Under the pieces are notes generated by a model. The model saw nothing but the letters and a program-made list of their open reading frames with translations. It did no database searches and had not been told where the DNA came from. A stretch of DNA of 64,000 bases from Spizellomyces punctatus DAOM BR117 (Eukaryota): assembly GCA_000182565.2 (NCBI GenBank), contig KQ257460.1; one strand, 5' to 3'. Both the position numbers and the translations under genes were made by a program. Below, piece after piece: positions 25,179 to 38,814 of this stretch. Numbering within the stretch: the stretch's first letter is position 1; every line of letters begins with the position of its first letter.

Positions 25179-26897
25179 ATGCACCCGACAGCCTACCTCA
25201 CAGTCTTGGCGTCCATGTGGCTCATTGGCGCCCAACTCTTTGGTCTCATATGCATCTACTATAGTTTCTTTCCTCCGAGTATCCAGCACCCAATTGCAAA
25301 ATGGGGGTTGATGAGCTCTGGACTGATGTTTCAAGAGGTGACGGGGGCGGTGATTTTGGGGAATTGGTGGCTGGTGGTCGCGGCGTGGTGGTTGGGGGTA
25401 TTTGGTAAGTCGGAGCGAGTACCCTGGGCCTTGAGTATGTGTTCACCTGTCGCCGTAGATACGACCTTGGGGAAACTCTCTATATCCCTTGTCACTATGT
25501 CAATGTTGGTATTGTCGGCTATCTTTTGTCATGGGTATATTACATCTCGTATCGCAGTCGTCAAAGAGGTCCAAAGAATGGAAATCGAACTACAGTCTTC
25601 TGCGTCGCGGTTGGGTGTGTTTGATAGCGTGCCCATCAGGTACGGATTCCGCATCTCATAATGTAACAGTGACATTATTGACCGAGTTTTTGTGGTAGTC
25701 TTCCATTTTTCCTTCAGAGCGTGATACCGTATTGGCGACCTTGGGACGTGATGGAACACCGTGATAGTACGTTATTTATTTTCTCAATATACAATATGAC
25801 CGTCATGCACCATAAGTGCCTGCCTCTAACATAACTTTCCCATAGTAACGTACGTCACGGACGAAGAGTTGCGACAATTTGGACGCAGCTCGGAACGCCA
25901 GCTCCAACTCGACGTTCTTCACCGGACGTCCGGACCCGCGAAGCGTCCCGTATTAATTTACATCCATGGCGGAGCATGGCAATTTGGTGATAAAAGGATG
26001 CTTACGATGCCTGTGTGCTGGTATATGGCATCGCATAATTGGGTGTGTGCTCATCCCGGTTACGTGATTTTGCGCCCATTTGTGACATTCATGTTTTCTG
26101 CAGGTGGTGGTAAATATCAACTATAGACTCAGCCCTGGCGTTCTATACCCGGATCACTTGATTGATGCCAAGAGGGCCTTGCGATGGGTACGGGAGAATA
26201 TTCATAAATATGGTGGTGATCCAGGTAAGCGGGTCTCTGCCTGTTTTTCAACGTTGTTGATGGGTCGAATGTGCTGACACTTTGATAAAACAGATTTTGT
26301 GGCAGTCAGTGGAGGTTCTGCTGGTGGACACATTGCAAGCATGATGGCACTTACTCAGAACAATCCAGCATTCCAGCCGGGTACGTGCATACGTGGGTTA
26401 TCCGGTCCCTCTCCTTTCGTTGACCAGGAACCAAAGGTTTTGAAAGCACCGATACGTCCCTATCGGCCTGCGTTGGCTACTACCCCGTGGTGGACATGAC
26501 TGGACAAAGCGGCTACGCTCACCGCAACGCTAACGAATGGTTCGCCCGTGCCATATGCGGTCTTCCCAGCTTCGCAACCAGTAAATCATGGCTCAAGGAC
26601 AACGCCTGTCCAATTTCTGCGGCTGCCACTGCAGAGTCCATCCCTCCTTTCCTGGTCCTTCAGGGCGGCAATGATGAATTGGTACCCACAGGCTCTGTAC
26701 GGCATTTTGTGAATGTATTGCGAAAAAGGGAAGGTGCGTTGGTGTATTACGTCGAGTTGCCAAGAGCGCATCATGCTTTTGATGCGTTTTCGAGTCCGAG
26801 AGCGAATGTGGCGAACTGGGCAGTTGCAGAGTTTTTGAATGCTGTTCATGCGAGGTGGGTAGATGGTGCGGGGAAGCGGCCGGCAGTGAGTAATTAG
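25179..26897 (+). CDS. Alpha/beta hydrolase (HSL/esterase family) with hydrophobic N-terminus; 5' end uncertain
   Basis: PVLIYIHGGAW, DAKRALRWVRENIHKYGGDP, AVSGGSAGGH, QGGNDELVP, AHHAFD. Confidence 0.85.
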
Positions 26898-27266
26898 TGG
26901 CGGGCGTGATTGGGTGGGTAACTGGATAAGTAGCCCATCTTTCTGTTTTCATTTCTATGATGGACATGTAGTGTGGTCCTAGTTATTGCATCAAGTTTCC
27001 TACACATAAAATAGACTCGATTATTGCAGCAATATATATCCTCGTTGGAACTAGTGCTACTGCCTGAATACCTCAACACACCGCAAAGTGGATCAACAAA
27101 CGCCCTATGACTAGTCCAACTGTTCATCACTCAGCGCTCGTCATAAGGCTGAGCAGTGGCCGCAGGACGGGAATCTCTGTCGAAGGAGCTTCGGCATCGT
27201 GCACATCAATACCATGGTAAAACGGCAATACAAATTGATAGAGTACATTCAAGCCACAACCACATA

Positions 27267-28838
27267 TTAAAAAAACAAGTCTTCCAGCATCGCGTCAATT
27301 CTATTAGTAGCAGGCTTGGATCCCCCAGTCGTGGCATTTATCCTGTCTGTCAGCTTGGCATCCCCCCAAGACTTGCCCTCATGTCGACGAGAAGTACCTA
27401 TAGATGTACTTTCATGAGCGGGCATGCTTGCAATCGGTGAAGAGTCCAAGGTACTCGGATTAGATCCCAGCTTATCATCTCCGTCGTCGTCTGTGTCGGA
27501 TTCTCCCAACAGACCTTGTAACGGGCGTTCGTGTACTTCTGTTTCTCCTTGTTTCAGTGTAGCAGGTGCATGTAGCACTGGATTTGTCCCTTCGTTCGGA
27601 GGTGCGACGTTGTTATTTGGTGCGTCGGTGTCGTCATCTGTATCTGAATCCAATAAGATGGCGCGCTTCGTGTGTACAGTTGTTGACTGCTCGGATGAGC
27701 CTGTGCGTGGGAGGTATTTGGTATCGTCATTCAAGAAACTATCCTGTTTCCGTGGTGATGATGGTCTTGCATGCTCAACCGTCCGGCGATTCGGCACGGG
27801 AAGATTTTGGTTGGTATCTCCACGAACGCTATCGTCTTCGTGAGGATCAATAATGTTCCAAAAGTTTGGATCTGGCACTTTGGGTTTTCCTTTGATGTTC
27901 CTCTTGGAAGTTTTTAGACGTCCCGTCGACTTCATGGGTCTCATCGACTTTGATCCAGTTGGTTCTTCAATTACTCGTCTCTTCTCTTCTTCCTCCAATT
28001 CTCGTAGTCGTTGTTGACGGAATGGGAGAAGGTACTTTCGAGCAGCCTCCAATACTTCGTCATCGGTTTGGATGTAGAGTACGGATGGATGTTTGGGTGT
28101 TTGTTCTTTGGAGACTGGTGTGCTCTTTGCTTGTGCGGGATGCGTTCCGGCTTGCTTGGGACTTGCTGCGTTGCTCTGCGTTGACGTAGAACTCGCAGGT
28201 ATGGTCTTTTTTACTCTCTTCTGCCCATCATTAGTGTTCCACGGCAGCTTTCGCTTTGCTGGAGTAGAGAGAGGAGTTTTCAATACTGCTGGTTTCTGTG
28301 GTGTGCGCGGTATTGATGATCCAGTTCCTCTCTCCGGATGCCCGATGTTGCTAGATTCAATACTCTGTAAGACGAGTTAGCATTCCCATTTGACACATGC
28401 AACCACCAAATTTGTACCTTTGGCAAAAAGTCTTCATACCGCGCACAAAATAGTAGCATTACAGCGGCGCAGTGTTTGCACTTTCCTTTGGTCGGTACCG
28501 GACAGGTGCATGTTGCATCAACCACATCTAAGAGCAAGAGTCAGACTACGCATTTAACTTGGCATGACGGACTCCTGACCTTGCGTCTCGACGTTAAGTC
28601 GAACAACAATGTCATACTGAGCCGTTCCCTTGCACTTTGCCTCCAATTTCAATACGTGCCCTTCGAGCGCTGCACGAGTGTGGGATATACTGTTCAAAAG
28701 TGCCCCCCCTCTTTCCACCGCTCGTGTGTTAGCAATATAGGTTTCAACTGTTTTCCTGGTGAACTGGAGGCCAACAAGCTCCACCGTTGTTGTGAAATGT
28801 GTGTCATTTTCGGTGGACGTTCTCTCCTGCTGTTGCAT
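27267..28838 (-). CDS. SWIM zinc-finger protein with long disordered C-terminus, multi-exon
   Basis: CTCPVPTKGKCKHCAAVML matches CxC-xn-CxH; upstream exon ERGGALL...AKCKGTAQYDIVVRL. Confidence 0.75.
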
Positions 28839-29249
28839 TTGGAGGACCAAAAGACGGGCGATCAGCTGCCTACGTAATACGACACTGGATGGAGCCGCAC
28901 TTCAAATGTGTAAAACCAGTGCTTAGTGGATCAAAATCAGGTTTTGGGCTTACCAAGGGTGCCAAGGGACTGTTATTTGAGGTTCGGATATTAGCCTGCC
29001 TTGCCTTAAAAATCACATCGCTGGGTACCTTACGCATGAAGTAACCGATCTTCAGCCAGTTATTGGAAGCCACTGCGAGGAAAGTTTATCCATCGGAGGA
29101 GAGCCCAAGACAGTCGAAAGCTTCACGGTTACATTCCCGTAACCAGCTAAAGCCAGCAAGAATGGAGGGGAGCGTGAAAAGGTGTGCCGCTTATAAAGGC
29201 TCAATAGGGATGGATTACTGGATTCTCTCAACCAGGATGGTTAATTGAT

Positions 29250-30650
29250 CTTTAAATAACGACCTGGGGCGACATCATAGAATTGGTGCTATCGGGAAAG
29301 AGGAGGCATACTGTCGTTCACGACCAGATCTTGCATATGCGACTCTCTAAGTTTAAGACGGCGAGACAAGCAATTCGGCAATCATGTTGGGCGGCGAGAT
29401 GAAATGATGGAATACCAACTTCGTATGCACGGGGTACCTTTCACGTCCATAACTACCTTCGGAAGTTGACGGGCCGTCCGTCCGGAAGCTTATTCCATTC
29501 ACTATAAAATTCAATCTGGAGCCACAGCTATCACAAATACAAAATGTGAACCCGCCTTGTTGAGGCCCGCAACAGCCATTATCCAGGTCCAATATCGACC
29601 GCCTTCCAGTACCATCCTGATTTCATCTACCTGCCCAAGCGGCATGTCGTGCGCCAATTGAAGCTCTTATAATCAATGCAATGAAGAATCCCCAATTGCT
29701 ATTCTCAGCGAACATGATATGTTGGGGATAAACACCCAAATCAGAGCAAGTGCTCCAAATATTTTGGCCCATCACCTTGCCACATGGAGTGCTGGCCATC
29801 ATAACCGAAACCTATCCTCAGGTTCTTGAACAAAATATTCCATCTGTTTATTCAATCTGTCCTTCCCCTTTGATTCGTCCGCAAAGTTCATCCAGTTTCC
29901 TTCATAGTCATTCAACGCCGTCCATAGAGGCGCGAATGAACCCTTTCATCGACCTTCTTGCGAGGATCGCAGGTGGACCCAGTCTAATCATACAGTACAT
30001 CCCATACTCACACTTAGCAAGCCATTCATCGTCACAAGTGCAACTTGCTTGACAGGAGATACATAGAGTTCGAAACGACGTCTTCATCGCTCACACCAGA
30101 TTGCGCGACGGTCCCCATATCGGACATAACTTCCTCATAGAGGAGCCTAGAGATGATGACTGAGACAGTATTGACATACGTTTGACAATCGTCCGGGTTT
30201 GAGCCGCGGCACGAAGGCAGCTAACGTTGAGGCCGCGGAGGACGGGTCGAGAGCGGGCGTAATGCCAGGTGGAGAGGTCCAGTGCATGACCCAATCGTAG
30301 AGAAGACCAAGAGAGGTCACCGCCAGTTGAGCGCTTCTTGGATGTCACCCAAGCGTTCAAACCATAAGAGTTGGATATCCGGCAGCTCACGTGTGCATCT
30401 ATTATTGTGGACACGATGCATCAGTTCCCAGTAGGAATAATAACGACCAAGTTCAGTGATTCAATACGCAGCGGAAGAGCTCAAGAGGAGTCAAGAGGAG
30501 AGCTGGCTTTGTTCAATCACAACTTGGTACGGCAAATGCCATTGTTTCCTGTGCGGGCTTGCTATTGTCGGCTGGAGCGTACCCATCTAAATGTGACTTT
30601 TAATCCGAGGTACTTGGATCGCTTCAATTGAACTTTCTTCACGGCATATC
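29250..30650 (-). pseudogene. Possible decayed coding sequence
   Basis: About 1.4 kb of coding-like composition with only short interrupted ORFs and no buildable gene model. Confidence 0.2.
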
Positions 30651-30808
30651 AAGAGGCACGCATCGCGTTGGTAGCACATCCACACGATGAGAGCTCAGAG
30701 ATTGCCCAAATCACCGCTAACATATACAATGCAGAAATAATATTATTACTCATCATCTACTTGTTGTGTGTATGTAGTGTCATCTCGCCGATCCAGACGT
30801 TATACATC

Positions 30809-31604
30809 CTATTTCGCCTTCCGCGTCCATCCAGCGACAAACTCGCTTGCCTTTTGTTCCACCCGCTCTTGGAACGTCATCTCCCTCTTTGCATTCGCAA
30901 TATCCACAAGAGGTGCCTCACTCTCCAACGTCGATCGGACATGTCGCTCCACATGCACGTCCACCCCCGCCGGTACATTCTTGACAATATACGCTATCCA
31001 CTCCTTGACACTTTCCTCACTCGCATCAAAGACTTGTAGGGCTCTCACGTACTTTTTCTGCTCAAACACTTCCTTGGTCTTGGCGTGCACAAAGGGGCCT
31101 TTGATCACGTACCACTTTTTCGTCTGCACAGGGAGATGGATTGTCTCGCTGCAGGGCATTTGCATCGCGTGGGCTGAATGTCGGCAAAAGTGTGCTACGA
31201 AATCGAGGTGGTCAGGCATATATCCTTGGAGGTGGAGTGTGCAGGCGAGGGCGTGGTGTGTTGGTTTCGGGGTCGGGAGGAGGGGAATGTCGAGGGGTTC
31301 GCCCTTCACTTTACAAGTGCACGTTAGTTACATTTTTGTCTTTCGATGCGGACTCTAAAAGTACATACAGTCGAGGGAGTGTAACCCATAATAGGTGTCC
31401 AGATCCCGCTTGGGTTCAGAGTCGGAGGTCGCAAGTGTGCGGACACATGAGCTGATCCGAGGCAACGGGACCACACTCCGAACATTTCGTGAAAAGACTG
31501 CCCGCGCGGCTTTCTACAAAATCCAGACCCATTACCCGCCGTTAACACACTATTCTGGCACACAAACCCATCTTCGTGCTCACCCCTGCTATGCGGTGGT
31601 TCAT
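30809..31604 (-). CDS. RSM10: Mitochondrial ribosomal protein uS10m
   Basis: HLDFVAHFCRHSA, LPVQTKKWYVIKGPFVHAKTKEVFEQKKYVRALQVFDA; Arg-rich presequence rebuilt from two short upstream exons. Confidence 0.9.
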
Positions 31605-31887
31605 ATTGGAAAATCTACTCGACAAGCAATCCGTCGCTCGCAAAGGCCAAAAAGTTCATCGGAATGGAAATGAAAATCACGTGGATGTCATATTTCCATT
31701 TTTGAGCTAAATGGAATTTTTTTGTTTTTGTCGACGTTTTGCAGCATCTGAGCAGAACAAAGGTTGCAAGCGTCGGGGTTTCATTTGCGCAATTTTATTT
31801 TGGGGTGGACATTCTTTACGCGCAAAGGAACAAGGTGGTAGCATTACATTCGAGGAAGGAGCGCCAGCAGTACAGAAAAAGGGCAAC

Positions 31888-34800
31888 ATGGCGGTTACTG
31901 CCAACCCCGACTCGGCGTCAGGCCGGGAAGAACAAGACTTTTTCCACAATGACGCTCTTGTTAAGATACGCTCCCAAACCAACTCTGGTCTCGAGAACCA
32001 AAAACAGGCTGCCATCATTCTCACTGCTGTCGAAGAAGCTATTCAGGAACAAGGCGAACAATTGACACCTTTGGCTTATTTCGGGGCGCTAATGACCATT
32101 TTGGAACAGCAGCGGGCGACAGCTGTCGATGCGGAACAGCGTGGGGTCCTTGTTGCCGTGACACACATTTTGTCGATTGTCTTCCCAAGAATACCTAGCT
32201 CCATATTGAGACTAAAGTTTGATGACGTGTCGCGGACGCTGGGTGGGACACTCGAGGCATATCAGGACGAACAGCCACTTGTTCGATCTGTACTCGCGTG
32301 CTTTGAATCTCTCCTGTCTGCTCAAGATCACGCGCGGTGGACAACAGATCTGACGTGTAAAAAGCTGTTCCAGGTGCTGTTGGTCATGTCTGTCGATGGG
32401 CGGCCCAAAGTGCGACGACGGGCGCTTGAGGCTGTCAAACGGATTCTTTGCCGTCCACCACCACCGAGCACACACCACCCCGCTACATTGACGACCATTG
32501 ATTACACGATGGGATCTTTGCAAGAATATGCAGAAACAGTGGGGAGTGTGTCCGCTAAGAACAGAAAGGAACTCGAACAGCAGGTTCTCCACGTTTTGGT
32601 GTTTCTCAAAGCAACGCTCCCGGTTTTGGCCATGCAGGGAGGTCATGATCGGACGAGAGGTAAACTGCGTGCGCTTTGCGAGACATTACTGAGATTACCT
32701 GTTCGATCATCCGGAACTGGGAATACCATCTTGACCCAGTGGATCTTTTCCGTCCTGGAAGCCCTATTTGGAACCTCTTTGGAGAAAGAGGAAATCTTTC
32801 CCCATTTGGACATGGCGCTTTTGGACTCTGTCATTCGCGCGCTCTTGGAGATGCGTCCTTACCAAAACGACGCAACACTGATCCCGGCTTGGTTGGAATT
32901 AATTGGGAAAGGGTTTTCGAAATTGGCGGAGCTCGCTAGGGAAGCCGAGCGAAACGAGGACGGCATGATGTCGACAGAGAGGCAGTATGCTTTGACGGAC
33001 TTTCCTGACTTGCTTGTTTCGGTTTTCAAAAAGACTTTTGAGGCCGTGTTTGGTCAGCAGGCCACGAAGGCTGTCATTGTCAACAAGGCTGCACAAGTAT
33101 TTTCGGCTATGGTGCGAGAATGCGTGACAGAGACTATGGTGCAAGAAGCCAGCCGGTCGGACATGACAGACGACGCAGAATCCCGTCTCATGGTGATGAT
33201 CCAAGTCATCAACACCGGGTTAAGCGACATTCGCTACCGATCCGCGTGGGGTGGCATCCTGGGAATCGCTGAAGCACTATTTGATCGCCTTGGTAGTGTC
33301 CTTCCTCAACTGGTCCGCGGAACTCTATTTAATGTCATGGCATTCCGTGACGACCCAGCCTATGGCGAAAGTTTCCCCTACAAGGAGGAACTGGAGGTCG
33401 CCTTGCATGCTGCGGTCCAGTCACTCGGCTTTGAAAACTTTGTCTCGTTTGTTCCTCTCAACATTGAGAACGAAATTCCATCCCAGCCCCGTCGTCCCTA
33501 CCTCCTATCCACGTTCATGGAAGCACTCAACAGACCTCTCCCCACCATCATTGGCATACCATCCTCTGCATTTGGGCCACATACATTGTCTTTTCTCTCA
33601 AAGGACCTGTTACCCCTCGCCCAGCGCATGTTCGAAAAGAGCGGTGATGCGTGGAGAGGTAATCGGCAGGTCGAAGCCAAGCTGTACGAAACGATAGGGA
33701 CGCAGGTATGGGCTCTAGTACCAGGATTCTGCTCGACACTTCCTCCGGACGTAGAATCATCCTTTGCAACAACTGGACCCGTGTTTGGAAAGATTCTCCA
33801 AGGTGCCCCGAAAGAAGTCTTTCTGGACTTACCGTCCGAACCGGATTTCAGGCCCGTTGTGTGTGAAGCGTTACAGAATTTGGTGGAGGGATACAGGAAA
33901 GTAGCAGATGTGAAAGGCATGGAGGACGGGCGAGATGACGTTGTTGCACAACGAAAGAAAGATGCCAACCAGGCTGCACAAGGATTGGAAAACTTTAAAT
34001 CCTACGCAACACGCTTTCTCAGCGTCCTCTGCAATAATTACACTACCCTCCCTCCGGATATTCTCGACGCCACTAAAGGCCAAGCTCTCCAATCCCTCCA
34101 TGAACGGGAAAACCAACACTATGCCCGAACGATTCAGTCCTTCCTCCCCATCGCCGATCCAAGCGCTGTCAACAGTTACTTTTTGTCCCTCGTGACAACG
34201 CTCCTTCAATCCCAATCACAACCACATCCGGAACCGGAATCAGCTGTTGCGCAAATGGGGAGGTTGAGGGACTATGCTATACTCGATTTACTTTTGATTC
34301 TTTTGCCTTTTGTGCCAGCATCCACGACGTCGGGTGATTCGCCTGTTGAGGTGTTTTACAAGGTTCTCACTGGGCAGCTACGGGATGCGGACCCTACGCT
34401 CCAGAAAAGGACTTACAAGGCGTTGAACCATGTGATAGAGTACCTTCGTCCTCCTGTTCTCAACCTGGAAGAGCTGGTGAATCGTCTCCTAGATCCCGAA
34501 GTTCTGTCCAAGGCTTCCTCGGGCGCCAAGAAGGCGCGTATGCAGCTGTTGCAACGTGTCGCAATTGCCATCCCGGCTCAGGACCAGGCTCTGCTGTTGA
34601 CGTATATCCCTGTTGCGTTGTCTGAAGTCATGTTGGCTACCAAGGAAGCGAGTGAAAAGGCGCGCAATGCAGCGTACGATTGTCTTGTAGCCATGGGACG
34701 CAAGATGTTGACCGGGGGTGTGACGGAGGATGCGTGGGACATGGACGCTCTCCAGCGGGCGCTGGATGATGAGACCCCCGGCGGCCAAGTCAATTTGAAA

Positions 34801-36210
34801 GAATATTTCACAATGGTGGTTGCGGGGTTGGCGGGTGATACGGCTACGATGCAAAGTGCTGCTGTGTCGAGTTTGGGGCGACTGGTCTTTGAGTTTGGGT
34901 CGCGGTTGGATGATGCCTTTTTGAGAGAGTTGGTGTCGACTGTTTTGATTGTGATGGAGTCAAAGAATCGGGAGGTCGTCAAAGCCGCGCTCGGATTTGT
35001 TAAAGTTGCCGTTGTTACGGTGCCACAGGATGTGTTGGCGGATGAGCTGGAGCATATCGTACGTTTTATTGCTGCTGTGCGGGATTGGTTTGCAACGCGT
35101 TTGCTGATAGATTGATTAACAAAAACCAGGTTTCGTCCATTCTCGCGCACACGAGCCCACACAAATCCGCCTTCAAGTCCAAAGTCCGACACATTTTTGA
35201 GCGCCTTGTCCGAAAGTTCTCTTATGAAGCCGTTGAAGGCTTTGTCCCCGATTCGGACAAGAAACTTTTGAACAACATTCGGAAACGCCGTGAACGTCTC
35301 AAAAAGCGCAAAGCAGCCGCTCGGCAAGCCCAAGAAGAAAGCGAGAGCGAGGAGGAACAGATTGAGAAGCCCCGAAAAGTCGCCCAAAAGCAATTTGAAG
35401 AGGCCTTGTATGGATCTGAATCTGAATTGTCGAGTAGCGATGATGATGAAAAGTATATTCCCGACCGCTTCAAAGACGCCCTTCAACGCACAAAGACCCC
35501 TCAAGCTTCAAAGACGCGTATAAGAGAAGACGAAGACGTGGCCGATTTTTTGGACGCCCGCATCGTTTCCCGCGTCACTTCTGCACCTTCCTCCAAATCC
35601 CGCTCCACGCCACATGAATTCGCCACTCAAGACGGTAAACTCGTATTCGAAGATCCCTCCGATTCTGATGAAGCTGAACCACAAGAACCTGAACCCGAAG
35701 ACCACTACAAGGCCTCCCGCATCTCTGAACTCGCCTTTACACGCACCCCAACTGGCAACATCAAATTCCTGCAGCCCAATAAACGCAAGCGCGATGACCC
35801 TGATGAAGAGGGTGCTACGGGGACCGGTTTGGGATGGGGACAAGGCAAATTGAAGAAGAAGGACGATATGGATAAAGCAGAGATGGAGCGCATGTTGGGG
35901 CGGCAGTACCGCGCGAAACGCGCCAAGGGGGATGTCAAAAAGGCTGGTATGCCTGATCCGTTTGCGTATATTCCTTTGACATCAAAGGTGGTTGGAGGAC
36001 AAAAGTATGTATCAATATTTTGGCGTGAATCGCTGCAATCATTTGTTGATTGTTTCTTTTGTTTTCTCTAGACGCAAGGGCGCAAAGATTGCGGGACGGT
36101 TCAAGAGTATGATGAAGGCTACTCGGGATGGGAGTGAAGTGGTTGTAAAGGGCGGCGGATCGGGAGGAACGAATAAAGGTGGTAAGAAGGGAAACAAGCG
36201 ACACAAGTAG
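31888..36210 (+). CDS. RRP12: Pre-rRNA processing protein Rrp12 (NUC173/HEAT repeats)
   Basis: KIRSQTNSGLENQKQAAIILTAVEE, AYFGALM, DGRPKVRRRA, KNREVVKAALGFVKV, YRAKRAKGDVKKAG-PDPFAYIPL; two introns near the 3' end. Confidence 0.93.
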
Positions 36211-37105
36211 AATTGTATTGGTATTTTTTTGCATTTACTTTTTTTTGTATTTATGTACATGGGTTTTACCATATGGAATGAGATTAAAACGTATTAATGA
36301 TCTGATAAGATGCCGCACTCTGTTCGTTATGCGGGTGAATCTCGCAACAAACTGGACATGCTTCTGGCGCTTCTTGCGCACTCTCCAAAGTCAAGACAGT
36401 CTTTGACGAAAAGTCCCTTGAGTTGCTTTTGCCAAGAGTATCCAACAAGTTTCAAATTCGGCTATCGGAAAGCCCATTGCATCGGGCATTGCCTGCCCCA
36501 ACCATGCCCTGCCCATTCCAACCGTGCCCCATGCAATACTTTTTGTGTGCCATGGCCATATCGCAGTTGGTTGTCACCAGTTGCCAATATCCAATAACCC
36601 AAATCCACTCCTTCCATCGCCCGTATGCCCCCATAGCCTTTTTCAGTGCGTCAAATTCCTCCAATGCGAGGCTGTGGGCAAGGCTGAAGATGACATAATT
36701 AAACCATAAATGGAAAGTCCTCAGCCCCATTGTGAAAAGTTCCCACGCTTTTGCATTTATTACCGATGATATTGATTATAATCATTATAATCAGATATAA
36801 TCATTATGGTCACTGCCACAATTTCGCCTTCTTTTCCGCCTTTCGTCGTCGTCGTCGTCGTCGTTTTTCTATTTTTGGGCTTTGTCATTCTGCGTTTTGT
36901 CATTTACTTTTGAACCTCATTGCCTTTGTAGGACCGACTACAGCCACACACACACACACACCTTTAGTTGACTTGCTTTGGAACTAGGCACGAACTGGGA
37001 AACTGCGCAATCCTTACCACTTTTGTAACGCGCACAGCGAACCCTTCTTTATGACCTATGCACACCCGCTCTTCTCTTCCTCATTCCTTTTGACGCTTGG
37101 TCGAA

Positions 37106-38044
37106 ATGCAACATCCCCAACAACAGAGAGGACACGTTCCACCACCACGCCGGCATGTCACGGCAGCGACGCACGAGCACGCTCTCGCTTCGTCAACACA
37201 AATGTCCCACACTTTTACTTTGGGTCCAGGCAACAACACCAAGAAGCCGCCAGACTCGGGCACAGTCGTCACCCCCGCTCTCTTGCAAGACTCGCACAAC
37301 GCCAGACTCGACGGTCTGCGAGCAGCACCCTCTGCAAGCACACAACCGACAAACGGAAAACTGTCGGCAGACGCCAGCGAGTTTGTTTGTTTTGCAGTTC
37401 ACAGAATATGGCATCGCATCCCTCCTCGATCGCCATCATCCCTCGTGTCTCCAAACTATCCCTCACCTCCCTCTGCACCGTCTGCTCTCCCCTCTCCATC
37501 CGCATCCGTCATCAGTCCACCGGGCACCTCACATTGGTACCCAGCTTTTTTCGAAGCCGTCCACAATGTCATTCACAGAGCAAACTGCTCCCTCCCCCAC
37601 ATTCTCATTTCTTTATTATACGTGGCCCGCCTACGACAAGCAGTTCCGAAATCACATACAGGAGAAGGTTCGGAATTCCGCGTCTTCGTTTCGGCTCTCA
37701 TCCTCGCCCAGAAATACCACACAGACGACCGGTACGCCAATAAGACATGGTCGAAAATGACAGGATTGCCGTTGAATGATGTCAATACCATGGAACGGGA
37801 ATTCCTGACAGGTGTGGGCGGGAGATTGCATGTCACTAGAGAAGAGTACGACAAGTGGTTGCGGAATATTCAGGCCTTGGGACAGGAGCATTCGGCTATT
37901 GTGAGGAGGGCGAGGGTTGAAATGACCTTTGCGGTTGGACAAGAGGGGCAAGAGGTGGATCCATTGAGAAGAGTTCGCACGTGGCCGGAACGGGAAAAGG
38001 TGGTCGAGGCGCGACCACCGCCGTACAGTAACGAGTGTCCATGA
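37106..38044 (+). CDS. Pho85-type cyclin (Pcl/Clg1 family)
   Basis: Cyclin box ISLLYVARLR...FRVFVSALILAQKYHTDDRYANKTWSKMTGLPLNDVNTMEREFL; intronless. Confidence 0.88.
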   Translation: MQHPQQQRGHVPPPRRHVTAATHEHALASSTQMSHTFTLGPGNNTKKPPDSGTVVTPALLQDSHNARLDGLRAAPSASTQPTNGKLSADASEFVCFAVHRIWHRIPPRSPSSLVSPNYPSPPSAPSALPSPSASVISPPGTSHWYPAFFEAVHNVIHRANCSLPHILISLLYVARLRQAVPKSHTGEGSEFRVFVSALILAQKYHTDDRYANKTWSKMTGLPLNDVNTMEREFLTGVGGRLHVTREEYDKWLRNIQALGQEHSAIVRRARVEMTFAVGQEGQEVDPLRRVRTWPEREKVVEARPPPYSNECP

Positions 38045-38814
38045 TAATCGTGAACGTTGACAAGAATCAACAATCTGTTGCGGACGATAGTGGGCGGCCG
38101 ACGAGAGACTGACGAAAATCTGCCCACGAACAACAGAGTAGGCAGCCGAACGGGAAGCTCAATGGGGACCGTTGAAATCTGAGAACCCGAAAATCTGTCG
38201 ATGAACGCCAAATGCGAGAAACGATTGAACACGTTGTTCGTGCCGTTCGCGCCAAACAGACGATAGACTCTAGAACATGGAATCGAATGGACATTGTGAC
38301 ATGCTGTCCCGCCACAGCAGCATTGGCTGGATCTCGCCACAAGTCTTTGCTTCCTTTAAACGTCCATTCACCCAAACCTCCTCATCATCCACCTTGACAG
38401 CACCTTCACCTCCACTTTTATTACGCCTTTATCATCACCGATCTCCTCATGACTTGTTCATCTTTTTCTTGTATCATAGTGTCTGTGACCTAGTACCTCT
38501 GCTCTTGCGCATAGAGAGCTATACTGCACCAATGTGTTGAAAAGTTTTTTTTTTCTTTTGCAAATATATATATAGTATAGAGAGAGAAAGAGATTTAGCT
38601 GTATGTTGGGTGCGTCAAATGCTTGACATTTGAGTGAAAAGTATTTTTATTCACAGGCACACTGTTCTCAAATGAGGATGCCCAGATATATTGCTCAAGA
38701 GATCTTCCCGCCTAGTAGCCAACCCTCCAACACTATACATGCTAAACACTAAAATAATGTAAAGATAAATAAAGCGCCCGCGAACGGCAAAGCGCATCCG
38801 CAATCTAAACAAGA

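Noticed and set aside
34578-35504. 308-aa antisense ORF in RRP12 and similar shadow ORFs across the window
   Set aside because: These are antisense or alternative-frame shadows of well-supported genes, with no independent motifs.
16941-38044. Pho85 kinase and Pcl cyclin as a functional gene cluster
   Set aside because: They are ~19 kb apart with many unrelated genes between; chance proximity is adequate.
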